DNA of 64,000 nucleotides from Candidatus Latescibacterota bacterium. GTDB taxonomy: Bacteria > Latescibacterota > CBDEFO01. The translations under genes were made by a program, and so were the position numbers. Positions 39,689 to 49,275 of the stretch are shown piece by piece. Within the stretch, counting starts at the first letter, position 1. Each line of letters opens with the position of its first letter. The stretch spans positions 3,904,001-3,968,000 of the forward strand of contig OZ252149.1 of the NCBI GenBank assembly GCA_965248755.1. Direction: 5' to 3'. The notes beneath the pieces were generated by a model. It saw only the letters and a program-made list of their open reading frames with translations. It was not told the DNA's origin and ran no database searches.

Positions 39689-41975
39689 GATTTATCTTCA
39701 GAGAATCGCTGGTCAATAGATGACTGTAGAACTATGCTGTCCTTCCAAAATTGTCCAGAAAGATTACAAAGTCGGACAGACCGATCTCTCCGTTGCCGTC
39801 TAAATCAAATACAGGATTCCAATCCGCTGAACTGGTCGTCGCCCCGAATACATCCAGAAAAAGGACAAAATCGGAGAGTCCAACCTCACCATCGTTATCA
39901 AAATCACCGGTTAGTGAGGATGGCGAAACATATACAATAGTATCAAATCCAAGGTTCGATACACCTTCGGAGTTCTTCACTTTCAAATACACCGTCTTAG
40001 TTCCATACTCTGCACTCAATGTAAAAGAGGGACTTGTCGAATAAGTTTGCCAGCTTGCTCCGCTAAAACGTGGATCCTCACTTGCAATGTAGTGTGTTGG
40101 ATTATTCGATGAAGTATTATCGAGGGTTACTACCCGGCTTGTCGTTGTTGAAGCTTCATTGTTAATCTCAAAAGTAATCAACGTTGGTGAATTCGGAACC
40201 GATTGAATCTCTGTGGTCACCAAATATGTCGAAGTTCCTCCGTCGTAACGGGAGTATACAAATATGTAGTATATCCCGTCATGGGGTATAGTAATATCCC
40301 TAAGTGGTGAGAGTCCGATAGCTATATATTGCTGGTTAGATGAGTCCATAAGAGCCAGTTACAAGATTGACGAGGGTTCAACACTGAGCGTTACTTTCTG
40401 ACCCTCTGAAAGATTAAGTCCGTGCGTGTTATAGTACTTAACTGTATCCGCGAATTTCTTTGAATCAATTGTCAATTCCCCTGATTCTATGATGGTTGTC
40501 TGTAAGAGGTTCTCATTCCTTTGCTGTTCATCAGCACTTCGCCGATCTACGAAGAAGTTCAGTAGATAGGTCTGAATGTATAAAGAATAGGGCAATAAGA
40601 AATCCTGGAATTTCTGTTGTTTTATGCCAGATGTTATACCACCTGGTGTAAAGACTCCATGTTCGCTTGTATCCTCGTTAATTTCTCTATAAAGCGTGAA
40701 TGCCTGTTGTTCAAGGAAACGAATTCCATCTATTTCATAGAAAGCCTTTTCCTCATCTGAGAATCCAAGGCTATTCGAAACTAATACAACCTGCCCGGTA
40801 GAATCTATGTTGTGAGAAGAAAGGTTTAGAAGCACCGACACACTACTGCTGTAAGAATTAGCCACACCCAAATCATTATTTCCATCACCATTTAAATCAG
40901 CACTGAAAACTGAAGCGGGCATATTCCCAGTTCTATAGTTCAAATGAGGTGCAAACGTCCCATCACCATTATTCAACAACACAGACACAGTATTGCCTAG
41001 TTGATCAGCATATCCCCTATTAGTCACAGCCAGGTCATTATCTCCATCTCCATCTAAATCTGCACTGAAGAGCGAAAAGGGAGCAACACCAACCCCGTAG
41101 TCCACTTTAGGTGCGAACGTCCCATTGCCACTATTCAATAACACTGATATATTATAGCTAAACTGATTAGTCACAGCTAGGTCATTATCACCATCCCCAT
41201 CTAAATCATCACTCAAAACTGATGTTGGACTATCTCCCCCGGTATACTCAATTTTAGAGGCAAACGTCCCATCACCATTATTCAACAGCACGGACACACT
41301 ACTGTTGATGTATTCTTTTAAGCCAGAATGAAATGCTCCCCTATTAGCCACAGCCAGGTCATTATCTCCATCTCCATCTAAATCTGCACTGAATACTGAA
41401 GCGGGATTAATCCCAGCAGGGTAGTTGAGCTTACGTGCAAATGTCCCATTTCCATTATTTAACAACACTGTTACAGTACCGATGAAGCTGGGATACAAGC
41501 CCGCATTAGCCACAGCCAGGTCATTATCTCCATCTCCATCTAAATCTGCACTAAAAATTGATTCAGGAAGCCTCTCAACAGCATAGTCTACCTTAGTTGC
41601 AAATGTCCCATCTCCATTATTTAACAATACTGAGGCGTTAGCACTAAACACATTAGTCACAGCCAGGTCATTATCGCCATCGCTATCTAAATCCGCACTA
41701 AAAATTGATGTGGGAATATCTGCAACGCTATAGTCCACCTTAGTTGCAAATGTCCCATTTCCATTATTTAACAATACTGAAACACCACTCACATTAGTCA
41801 CAGCTATGTCGTTATCACCATCCCCATCTAAATCAGCACTGAAAACTGAAATGCCGAACAGCCAACGGGGATCAAACCCAACATAATAGTCAGTCTTGGG
41901 TCCGAAAAGATCCTGTGCATAGGCAGGCGCATTTAAGGCGACTAACAGGATCAGAGCAGTATAAAACATTTCTCG

Positions 41976-43242
41976 TCATACCGCTCCCCTTGACAGAGCG
42001 ACAAATATTTCGCAAATTGGGGTTTGAGAAGGGAGGTCAAGGTGTCGAGCCCCGAAGTGAAAGATGGTAAGCGCTGGACGGCGACCCGTAAGGGAGAGAT
42101 TGTGTTGGCTCTTTTGAGAGGAGCAGATCTATCTGAGGTGTGTCGTAAGAATGGAATTAGCCAGTCGCAGGCGTATGCTTGGCGTGATAGTTTCTTAGAA
42201 GGGGGCCAGGAGAGTCTGAAGTCTCGGCGTGGTCGCAAGGATCCGAAGGAGCGAGAGGTTAGCCGGTTGGAGCGCAAGGTAGGGCAGTTGACGCTCCAGT
42301 TGGAGATACTCGAAGAGGTAGCCCGTCTAAAAAAAACGAAGCGGTTGCCTTGAGTGGGCGGTTTTTGGGTCGAGGCTATTCCCGCAAGGTGGTAGCTTTG
42401 GCTTTGGGTTTGCATCGTTCGACTCTGTATAGGTTTAGGGATAGAGGTGTCAGTTCTTCTGTTAAAGAGCCTGTGATAGATGAGGAGCTTGCTTTTCGTA
42501 TTCGAGGGATACTGGACCAAGAAGAGGCATTTGGTCACAGGCGGGTTTGGGCGCATCTTCGTTTCAAGGAAGGGGAATGTGTCAACGTTAAGAAGGTTCA
42601 TAGGATAATGAAGCTTAAGGGGTGGCAGTGTAAGCTGTGGAATCGTCCCGGGAGAAAGGGGCCACAGGTTGCCCAGAAGCGTTCTGTGGTGGATAGTCCC
42701 GACAGTTTGTGGTCGAGTGACTTGACAAAGATTTACTGTGGAAAAGATGGTTGGTGTCCTCTTATTGCGGTGGTGGACAACGGAAGCCGGGAGGTTCCTG
42801 GGTATCGTTTTAGTCGAAAAGGGAGGGCACTGGAGGCCACAGATGCCCTGGATCGGGCCGTGATCTCTCGATACACTTCCAAGGAGGCTGTCCCCCAGGG
42901 TCTCACTTTGCGCTCTGACAATGGTTCCATCTTTTTGGCTCGGGCCTATTTGGCCAGTACCGAATATTGGGGAATTCGTCAGGAATACATACCAAGTGGT
43001 AAACCCGATTGGAACGGTGTTGTAGAGCGTTTTTTCAGGACCCTCAAGCAAGAGTGTGTTTGGCTTCACAAGTTTGAATCCTTTGAACAGGCTGAGAAGA
43101 TCATATCTCAGTGGATCGATAATTACAACAAGAACAGGCTTCATTCATCCCTGGGATATAAGACCCCAAAAGAGTGGAGAAAACAATTTTATCTACTACC
43201 CCAGGTTGCTTAATTGGTGTCGCTTTCCTGGGAAGCAGTACA
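41976..43242 (+). mobile_element. IS3-family insertion sequence, copy 1 (1267 bp)
   Basis: 3-bp target duplication TCG (41973-41975 / 43243-43245); imperfect terminal IRs; orfA/orfB. Confidence 0.93.
42024..43213 (+). CDS. IS3 transposase OrfA/OrfB (-1 frameshift at A8, 42329-42336)
   Basis: HTH orfA 42024-42353; DDE orfB 42350-43213 (WSSDLT, SDNG, ERFFRTLKQE). Confidence 0.9.
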
Positions 43243-43556
43243 TCGTCTCATTGTTAAGTCTCCCTTTCTTTAACAGCCAGAGTTGTTGTGGGGACTCCCT
43301 CGTCATGACCAGAGTAAAAATAGGATATGATCGTGACATCTTCTGTAACAGTTCTACAATCTTGGCGTTGCTACTCGTACTCATGAGTGTTGGTCAATCA
43401 GGAGGAAAGATACAAAGGTAAGATACTCATCAATTATGGTGGGAAGATACAAAATAAGACAGTGGATGTCAATAGGAATTGTGGGTCAGATCGTCAGCCA
43501 ACAACATCTGGCATCGCCGTACTAGAAAGAAATTTCACTCAGTGTTCTCAAAAAAC

Positions 43557-44051
43557 TCAGTCTGCAGATTCTTCTGAAGAGTTATCTGGATCGAACCTTC
43601 CACCTGGTCTACCTCTTCCGTTGTCTGGGATGTAGATGTGAACTCGTGACTGTTGGGTTGGCTGGATCGGCTCACCAGCTTTGTCTTTGCGATCTACTTC
43701 TAACCTATTACGACTCCATCTCTCAGGAAACGCCCGCTCTAAGAACCACGCTGCAGCTTGCCACGTGCCATCTTTCGCCGCTTTCTGTATTAGGCTAACT
43801 GCCTCCATCTCACCCTTTGACTGGGCCTTTTTTATTGCGTCCCAAAACTCTTTGTATTCACCCTTAGCAGCTTGCTCTCCATTGTCCATCCACCTATAGA
43901 AAGTTGATTCTCCAACTCCAACCGCGTGGCACGCTGTGCTGACAAAGTTGCCTTGCTCCAAGATGTCACTTAGAGCCCTTTGCAGCTTAGGTGTTAGCTT
44001 CGTCTTTCGACCTACTTTCTTTGAATTCTTATTCATAAGTTTTGCCTCCAA
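43557..44051 (-). CDS. Terminase small subunit-like HTH protein
   Basis: GR.TKLTP, G.....AC..VGV..STFYRW, WQAAAWFLER..PE.W and YIPDNGR, motifs typical of phage TerS-like proteins. Confidence 0.65.
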   Translation of the reverse strand: MEAKLMNKNSKKVGRKTKLTPKLQRALSDILEQGNFVSTACHAVGVGESTFYRWMDNGEQAAKGEYKEFWDAIKKAQSKGEMEAVSLIQKAAKDGTWQAAAWFLERAFPERWSRNRLEVDRKDKAGEPIQPTQQSRVHIYIPDNGRGRPGGRFDPDNSSEESAD

Positions 44052-44136
44052 CTATTCGTTTAGCTTAACCGGATATTACCTTCCCGCTGTTTGGATCATA
44101 GGTTAATTAAATTAAGTTATACTTATTAAACTAAAT

Positions 44137-44165
44137 ATACAACATAAGTTATACTTATGCACGCC
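44137..44165 (-). other. dif/Xer-like recombination site candidate
   Basis: GGCGTGCATAA-gtataac-TTATGTTGTAT; each arm matches E. coli dif at 9/11; 7-bp core. Confidence 0.45.
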
Positions 44166-44189
44166 CTACTTGCATCGGTTCTATTCAGA

Positions 44190-44870
44190 TCAGATCAGCC
44201 GTCTGGTCAGGAAGCAACTTTCCTCGCACCGCTTCCGGTTACAGAGCTTTGGGGCGTAGGACAAAGAACAGCCGCAGCCTTAACAGACCTCGGCATACAA
44301 ACCATCGGTGATCTTGCCCGCTTTTCCGACGAATACCTGGCCTGGCGCTTTGGAGTGCGCGGTAGGTGGTTGGTCTTCCACTCAAGGGGAATAGATGAAA
44401 GTCCGATACAAACCACCTGGCAGGTGAAATCCATAAGTAAGGCGAAGACATTTTCTCATGATGTTTCCGATAAGGATGTCTTGAAAGGGGCTCTCTACGC
44501 CTGGTCTGAGGTAGTTGGCAGGGAACTAAGGAGAAAAGGCTTAACCTGTCGTACAGTCAGATTGAAGTTACGCTGGCCGGATTTTTCGACCCTGAAGAGG
44601 CAAGCGACCATGAGAGATCCTACCGATCTGGATGAGGTGATCTATACTGAAGTGGTTCGTCTCTTTGAACGGTATTGGATTCCGGGACATCCAGTGAGGT
44701 TGTTAGGCGTAGGTGTAAGACACTTGAGTGGAGATGCGCGTTAATTGAAGCTGTGGAATGAGGAGATAGAAAAGAAAGAGCGCATGCAAAAAGCTGTCGA
44801 CTCACTACGCAAGCGATTTGGGGAGAGGGCAGTTAGGTCAGGTAGAGAAATGATGAGAGGAAACACTTGA
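44190..44870 (+). pseudogene. dinB: DNA polymerase IV, N-terminally truncated with an in-frame stop
   Basis: FLAPLPV..LWGVG, KSIS...TF..D, VRLLGV; TAA at 44742-44744 then LKLW...AVDSLRKRFGE.AV. Confidence 0.85.
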
Positions 44871-44889
44871 CCCTCGGGACCGTTACGCT

Positions 44890-45008
44890 CTGCCTTACGG
44901 GCCCAGCCCAGCGCTCTCCATCTTTCACCTCGGGGCTCGACACTTTGACCTATTTTCTCAAACCCAAATTTGCGAAATACTTGTCGGTCGGTCAAGGGCA
45001 GCGGTATG
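44890..45008 (-). mobile_element. Diverged left-end fragment of a related IS3 element
   Basis: Reverse complement cataccgctgcccttgac...gtcgagccccgaggtgaaagatgg aligns with the IS left end at 41977-42090. Confidence 0.85.
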
Positions 45009-45434
45009 GTTGAGGTTACGGGGCCACTTGCATTTGTACTTTGGGCTTCTTCATCTGCCCTGGATACGGACTTTACGGTCAAGCTTTTAGACGTATATCC
45101 TCCCAATGAGGACTATCCTTCGGGGTTCGATATGAACATCTCCGACAGCATCATAAGGGCACGCTACAGGAACTGCAGAGAAAGTGCGGAATTGATGCAA
45201 CCTGGAAAGATATACAGATTCGAGATCGTGATGTATCCTACGTCCAACCTGTTCAAGAAGGGTCACAGGATAAGGGTAGATGTCTCAAGCAGCAATTTCC
45301 CGAGATTCGACGTAAATCCGAACACTGGCGGTCCGCTCGGCTGTGAGAGGAGACTTGTGATAGCTCAGAACACGGTGTATCACGACAGGGGACATACTTC
45401 GCATATCGTGCTGCCCCTCATTCCCGCTGGGTAG
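45009..45434 (+). pseudogene. CocE/NonD hydrolase, C-terminal fragment
   Basis: EVTGP...LWASSSA.DTDFTVKL.DV, GHRIRVDVSSSNFPRFD.NPNTG; begins at the IS fragment. Confidence 0.85.
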
Positions 45435-46029
45435 GGAATGAAGATTCCAGCTTGTTCTTCAACGCAAGTGCATCTACGCTAAGTGTATTTATAAGATACC
45501 ACGCTGGATGGTCCGCTCTCCTCATCGGAGCAGCCTCGTCTCCGGGCTCTACTTTTAGATTCACCAAGACCGGACCCTCTTCTTTTAATATCTGGGCGAT
45601 CTGCCCTTCAAATTCGCCTATCTGGCTGAACTCATAGACCTGCTCTAAACCGGCCCCTCTTGCCATCTGTGCCAGGCTGGAATTGCCTGCACCCGGTATC
45701 GGCTGGTTTCCCGTCACTTCGTAAGTCCCGTTCTCAAAGACGACCATCACGTAGTTCTTAGGGGAGAGATTGGCTACTGTCACCAATATTCCCAGACTCA
45801 TAAGCAGGCTTCCGTCTCCGTTGATGCAGATAACTCTCCTGTCGGGGCGTGCCAGGGCTATCCCCAGGGCAAAATCCGCAGCGTGACCCATTGCGCTACC
45901 CACCGAGGCGAAATCTAAATCTTGATGCGAAACGCTCGCCCAGGGTCTTGCCGTTCCCATAGTCGTTATGACTATCTCGTGGGTGCGGCATTCGGCTATT
46001 TTCCTCAGACATTCCTCTTTGTTCAACAT
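45418..46029 (-). CDS. TPP-dependent decarboxylase beta subunit (sulfopyruvate/phosphonopyruvate decarboxylase-like)
   Basis: SAMGHA...ALG.AL, GDGSLLM...N, Y.VTG.Q. Confidence 0.8.
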   Translation of the reverse strand: MLNKEECLRKIAECRTHEIVITTMGTARPWASVSHQDLDFASVGSAMGHAADFALGIALARPDRRVICINGDGSLLMSLGILVTVANLSPKNYVMVVFENGTYEVTGNQPIPGAGNSSLAQMARGAGLEQVYEFSQIGEFEGQIAQILKEEGPVLVNLKVEPGDEAAPMRRADHPAWYLINTLSVDALALKNKLESSFPTQRE

Positions 46030-46049
46030 AAGATCCACCGAATCTGTAG

Positions 46050-46183
46050 GGGTTGAGATTGCTTCGGGATAAACCCCCGATAGAATCCTTCGGGGGCGTG
46101 GGCACTGCGTGCGTTGCTGCCACCCCTTTGGGAGGGGCACGAAGTGCCATCAAACCACCAAGTGGGTGGGCGAAAGCAATCGC
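46050..46183. repeat. Nested palindromic repeat cluster
   Basis: gattgctt/aagcaatc outer arms, cccccga...tcggggg (46074-46096), ggcac..gtgc/gcac..gtgcc arms. Confidence 0.6.
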
Positions 46184-46219
46184 TTCTTTTTATTATGTCG
46201 TTCCCGTTCTAACTTGCCG

Positions 46220-47155
46220 TCAGCGCCGACACGAGATCATGATGATCTGCTCCGGGGCCTCCCAGAAAGATTCCCAGGTCCTGCCGCGGTCCTGACTCAG
46301 GAACAGGGTCGCTTCCACAACCGCCCACGCAAGGCCTTCGGACGAAAAGGAGACGTGGAAGGTGTCGATGTTTTTCCTGGTGGATGTCGGGAATCCCTCC
46401 GTGACATGCGTCCAGGTCAACCCCGCATCTTCTGACCGGTAGAGCTGGCCCTGAACGTCTCCCCCGGGACCGTGGCTGGCAGTCGCAAGGAGACAGTCGG
46501 GATCCGTGGGATGGACGGCGATCGCCCTGCCGTAGCGTTCTCTCATCCCGTCTGCGCGGTGCAGCCACGACTGCCCTCGATCTTCGCTGAGATAGACAGC
46601 GTTGGCCGTGTTCGCATAGACGCGGCGATCTGACTCTGTACAGGTCGCCACCTGGTGGACGTCCTTGTACAGGTCTGGCGTAACAGGCTCCCACGAGTCT
46701 CCCCGGTCGGAAGAGCGCATGATGCTCCCCACATGGATATCGGCGTAGACCCAACCGTCTTTTGTACAGGCAAGGCTTCGGACCGATGCGGGTCCACCCC
46801 ACGGCGTGTACCACTCCTTGCGGCAGTCCAGCGCCTCAAACGAAGGGATGCGCTGGACTGCACCGGCTTCGCCTGAAAGCCTGTAGAGATGCGGTCCCTC
46901 TGTGCCGATCAACAGATCCAGGGGGTCTTCATGCAGAATCGCCAGCGATTCGATAGGATCTTCGATCCCGGTGGAGATGCGCTGCAATTCGTCTTTGGAA
47001 AGGAGAACGATCTCCCCGCTCGCCAGCGCTATAACCTCAGCTTGGACTCCTTCCTCAACACGCTCTATGCCCTCCCTTTCGAATCGTACCGAGGGAGAAT
47101 TCTGATTCCGGCCGCCCTCCTGAAAGTATAGAGTCGTTTCAGTCGCAATCAGCAT
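46220..47155 (-). CDS. BNR/Asp-box beta-propeller protein
   Basis: Repeated S.D.G.SW/TW Asp boxes. Confidence 0.82.
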   Translation of the reverse strand: MLIATETTLYFQEGGRNQNSPSVRFEREGIERVEEGVQAEVIALASGEIVLLSKDELQRISTGIEDPIESLAILHEDPLDLLIGTEGPHLYRLSGEAGAVQRIPSFEALDCRKEWYTPWGGPASVRSLACTKDGWVYADIHVGSIMRSSDRGDSWEPVTPDLYKDVHQVATCTESDRRVYANTANAVYLSEDRGQSWLHRADGMRERYGRAIAVHPTDPDCLLATASHGPGGDVQGQLYRSEDAGLTWTHVTEGFPTSTRKNIDTFHVSFSSEGLAWAVVEATLFLSQDRGRTWESFWEAPEQIIMISCRR

Positions 47156-47490
47156 AGTAACTTGCTTCTGATAGTCCGAGGAAAGTCTTCCCGGAAATAA
47201 CGTCGTATTGGCATCGAACTCTCTGGCTATGAATTTGCCATATCTATTTGCTATTTGCCATTTGCTATACCTTAATCAGTAGCTCTAAGAAGATGTGTGA
47301 CATAGATCACAGTTTCAAAGAAAAAGATACAAAACTTCGCCTCAGATGTCAATCACAAAAAAACTTCTTTAATCTTGCCCCTTCCTTCTTGCAAGTACGA
47401 CCAGTACGAGGGCAGGTACACAAACTCTATTATTTTCATTTCCCTTTGCTTTTTTGAGTCTGCAAGGATTTTCGTGTAAATGGCTCTGGA

Positions 47491-48747
47491 CTACATCCCG
47501 AATACTTTACGAACCTTGGACCAACCTGCCATCAGGAAAAAGAGCAGGATAGTCATCAAGAAGGCCGATGTTAAGGGATGGTTGCGGTATCGTTCCCCAA
47601 TCCACGCCGTTCGACCATTCAGGAGCAAGAGTACGAACGCTAACATGGGAATAAAGACGGCTCCGACGATGGCATAAGACTTCTGCATCTTGGTAAACCC
47701 AACCCACAGTCCAAGCATAGGAAGGGTCGCCATACAGTACAAGTACCAGCGATAAGGGGCTGAATCAGTGCTAATAGGTCGATCTTTTGCGAATTGATCT
47801 TTCCGTATCATGGCCCAAAGATCTGTGAAGAGATAGGGGACACTCTGCCACACTCCCAACAGACTGCTGAAGATCGCTCCAAATGCACCCAGTAAAAAAG
47901 CCCATTTACCTACCCAGCCCAGCTTTTCTCCCAAGCTCATGGCTAATTGGGTCACCAAGGTGGCGCCTCTACCTTCCACCTGAATGGTGCTCCCGATCAC
48001 GACCATGGCCAACCCGAACAGGGCCGTCATCGCATACGCGATGCCCAGGTCGATACGACAGGCGCTTAAATCATCATCGCTGAAACGTCCTTCCTCACGG
48101 ATCCAATAACCGTAACATAAGATTGTTACCGTACCGCCGACACCACCTATCAAGGCGATCGTCCAGGACAATCCTGCGCCATCGAGGTCGGGAATGGTGG
48201 GCCACACCAGTCCCCTCAGGAGTTCGCTCCAACCTGGTTTCAAGAGGATGGCGGTCATGACTACGGTTACGAACATCAGACCAATACAGAGGCTCATCAC
48301 TTTTTCAAACAGGCGATATCCGCCCAGACGAACTAAGATCACGCCCAGCACACTGAGAATCATGCCGTAGACGATTTTGCCGGTGGACGGATCGTAAAAG
48401 AAGGGGAACATGGCTTGCGCTGCTACCCCACAGGCGCTCATCAGCGCTGCGGCCACCAGGAAGCTCCATATCAGCAAATAGACTAGAAAAATATATTGGG
48501 CGGGACGACCCAGGTGGCTCATGGCCCCTTCAAGCAGCGTATCACCAGTGGCCAGTTGCCAGCGGGTCAATCCTTCATTCAATACAAACTTGAAGCAGGC
48601 GCCCAAAAGAACGGCCCACAGGATCGCTACTCCTAAATTGGTTCCCACAAAGGCCGCGGTGGCCAGATCACCCGCTCCGACCCCGGTGCCCGCCACCAGG
48701 ATCCCCGGACCGATGATCGACAGTAGAGTTTTCTTTCTCTTCGACAT
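47491..48747 (-). CDS. Nramp-related divalent metal transporter
   Basis: GPGILVA.TGVGAGD, multiple TM helices, GGVGGT; RBS before ATG 48747. Confidence 0.8.
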   Translation of the reverse strand: MSKRKKTLLSIIGPGILVAGTGVGAGDLATAAFVGTNLGVAILWAVLLGACFKFVLNEGLTRWQLATGDTLLEGAMSHLGRPAQYIFLVYLLIWSFLVAAALMSACGVAAQAMFPFFYDPSTGKIVYGMILSVLGVILVRLGGYRLFEKVMSLCIGLMFVTVVMTAILLKPGWSELLRGLVWPTIPDLDGAGLSWTIALIGGVGGTVTILCYGYWIREEGRFSDDDLSACRIDLGIAYAMTALFGLAMVVIGSTIQVEGRGATLVTQLAMSLGEKLGWVGKWAFLLGAFGAIFSSLLGVWQSVPYLFTDLWAMIRKDQFAKDRPISTDSAPYRWYLYCMATLPMLGLWVGFTKMQKSYAIVGAVFIPMLAFVLLLLNGRTAWIGERYRNHPLTSAFLMTILLFFLMAGWSKVRKVFGM

Positions 48748-48766
48748 AGGTAACTCCCTCCCTATT

Positions 48767-49210
48767 TTAAGTTGTTGGTTGAATCTCACGGAAAACTACT
48801 TGGCCATCTTCAACATCAGCCCGATAGAGTTCCACCAAGGTATTGGGAACAAGTGTCTTGATCTCCTCAGCAAATTCAAGAAGGTCATTTTTCTGCTTTT
48901 CCCTCAGGTCTGCCTCTTCTTCGAGTCTTGGATGCTTGTTGTGGTAGTAGGCACAATCGAAATGAGCAATGGCAATTACCCTTTCTGTTGCGTGTGCCTT
49001 AGCCAGCATCTTTATATCATCCTGGACCGCAAAGAAGTTAGTTCCGGAAATTAGAACTCTGGCTGGCCCTCCCGGTACAGTAACTTCGTCAAAAACTGTA
49101 AGCTCTAAATCTTCAGTTAGGAACTGCTGCTTTGCTTGAGAAAACCTACCATCGGAGCAGGAAATCACCAGCACCTTTGGCTTAATATGATCCCAAGGTA
49201 TTGCTTCCAT
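48767..49210 (-). CDS. Beta-carbonic-anhydrase-like protein
   Basis: Zn ligand pattern CSDGR ... PGG ... HFDC. Confidence 0.7.
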   Translation of the reverse strand: MEAIPWDHIKPKVLVISCSDGRFSQAKQQFLTEDLELTVFDEVTVPGGPARVLISGTNFFAVQDDIKMLAKAHATERVIAIAHFDCAYYHNKHPRLEEEADLREKQKNDLLEFAEEIKTLVPNTLVELYRADVEDGQVVFREIQPTT

Positions 49211-49275
49211 GGCTCTTCTCCTTAAGAGGAGAGTGCAGGGTCTCGTAAAAAGACCCTGCCTCCCTGTTTTTAGGT

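Larger units (their letters stand above)
39732..43251 (-). pseudogene. FG-GAP + PPC-like + Ig-like + dockerin/EF-hand secreted protein, disrupted by IS3 and a nonsense codon
   Basis: Removing the IS restores GGGAG..ATG AGA CGA GAA ATG TTT (MRREMFY); in-frame TAA at 40359-40361 joins ORFs 40359-41969 and 39732-40349. Confidence 0.85.
30200..44190 (-). mobile_element. Integrated phage-satellite/PICI-like element (ends approximate)
   Basis: Integrase, HTH regulators, excisionase, PrimPol-ATPase and TerS-like gene; no capsid, tail or conjugation genes; att repeats not found. Confidence 0.65.

Noticed and set aside
40359..40361. Recoded stop (selenocysteine/pyrrolysine) in the FG-GAP gene
   Set aside because: The codon is TAA and the gene is independently disrupted by an IS
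41951..43144. 397-aa and 408-aa antisense ORFs (also 53180-54406)
   Set aside because: Shadows of the IS3 transposase on the opposite strand
30247..44051. Complete prophage or conjugative element
   Set aside because: No structural, lysis, large terminase, relaxase or T4SS genes
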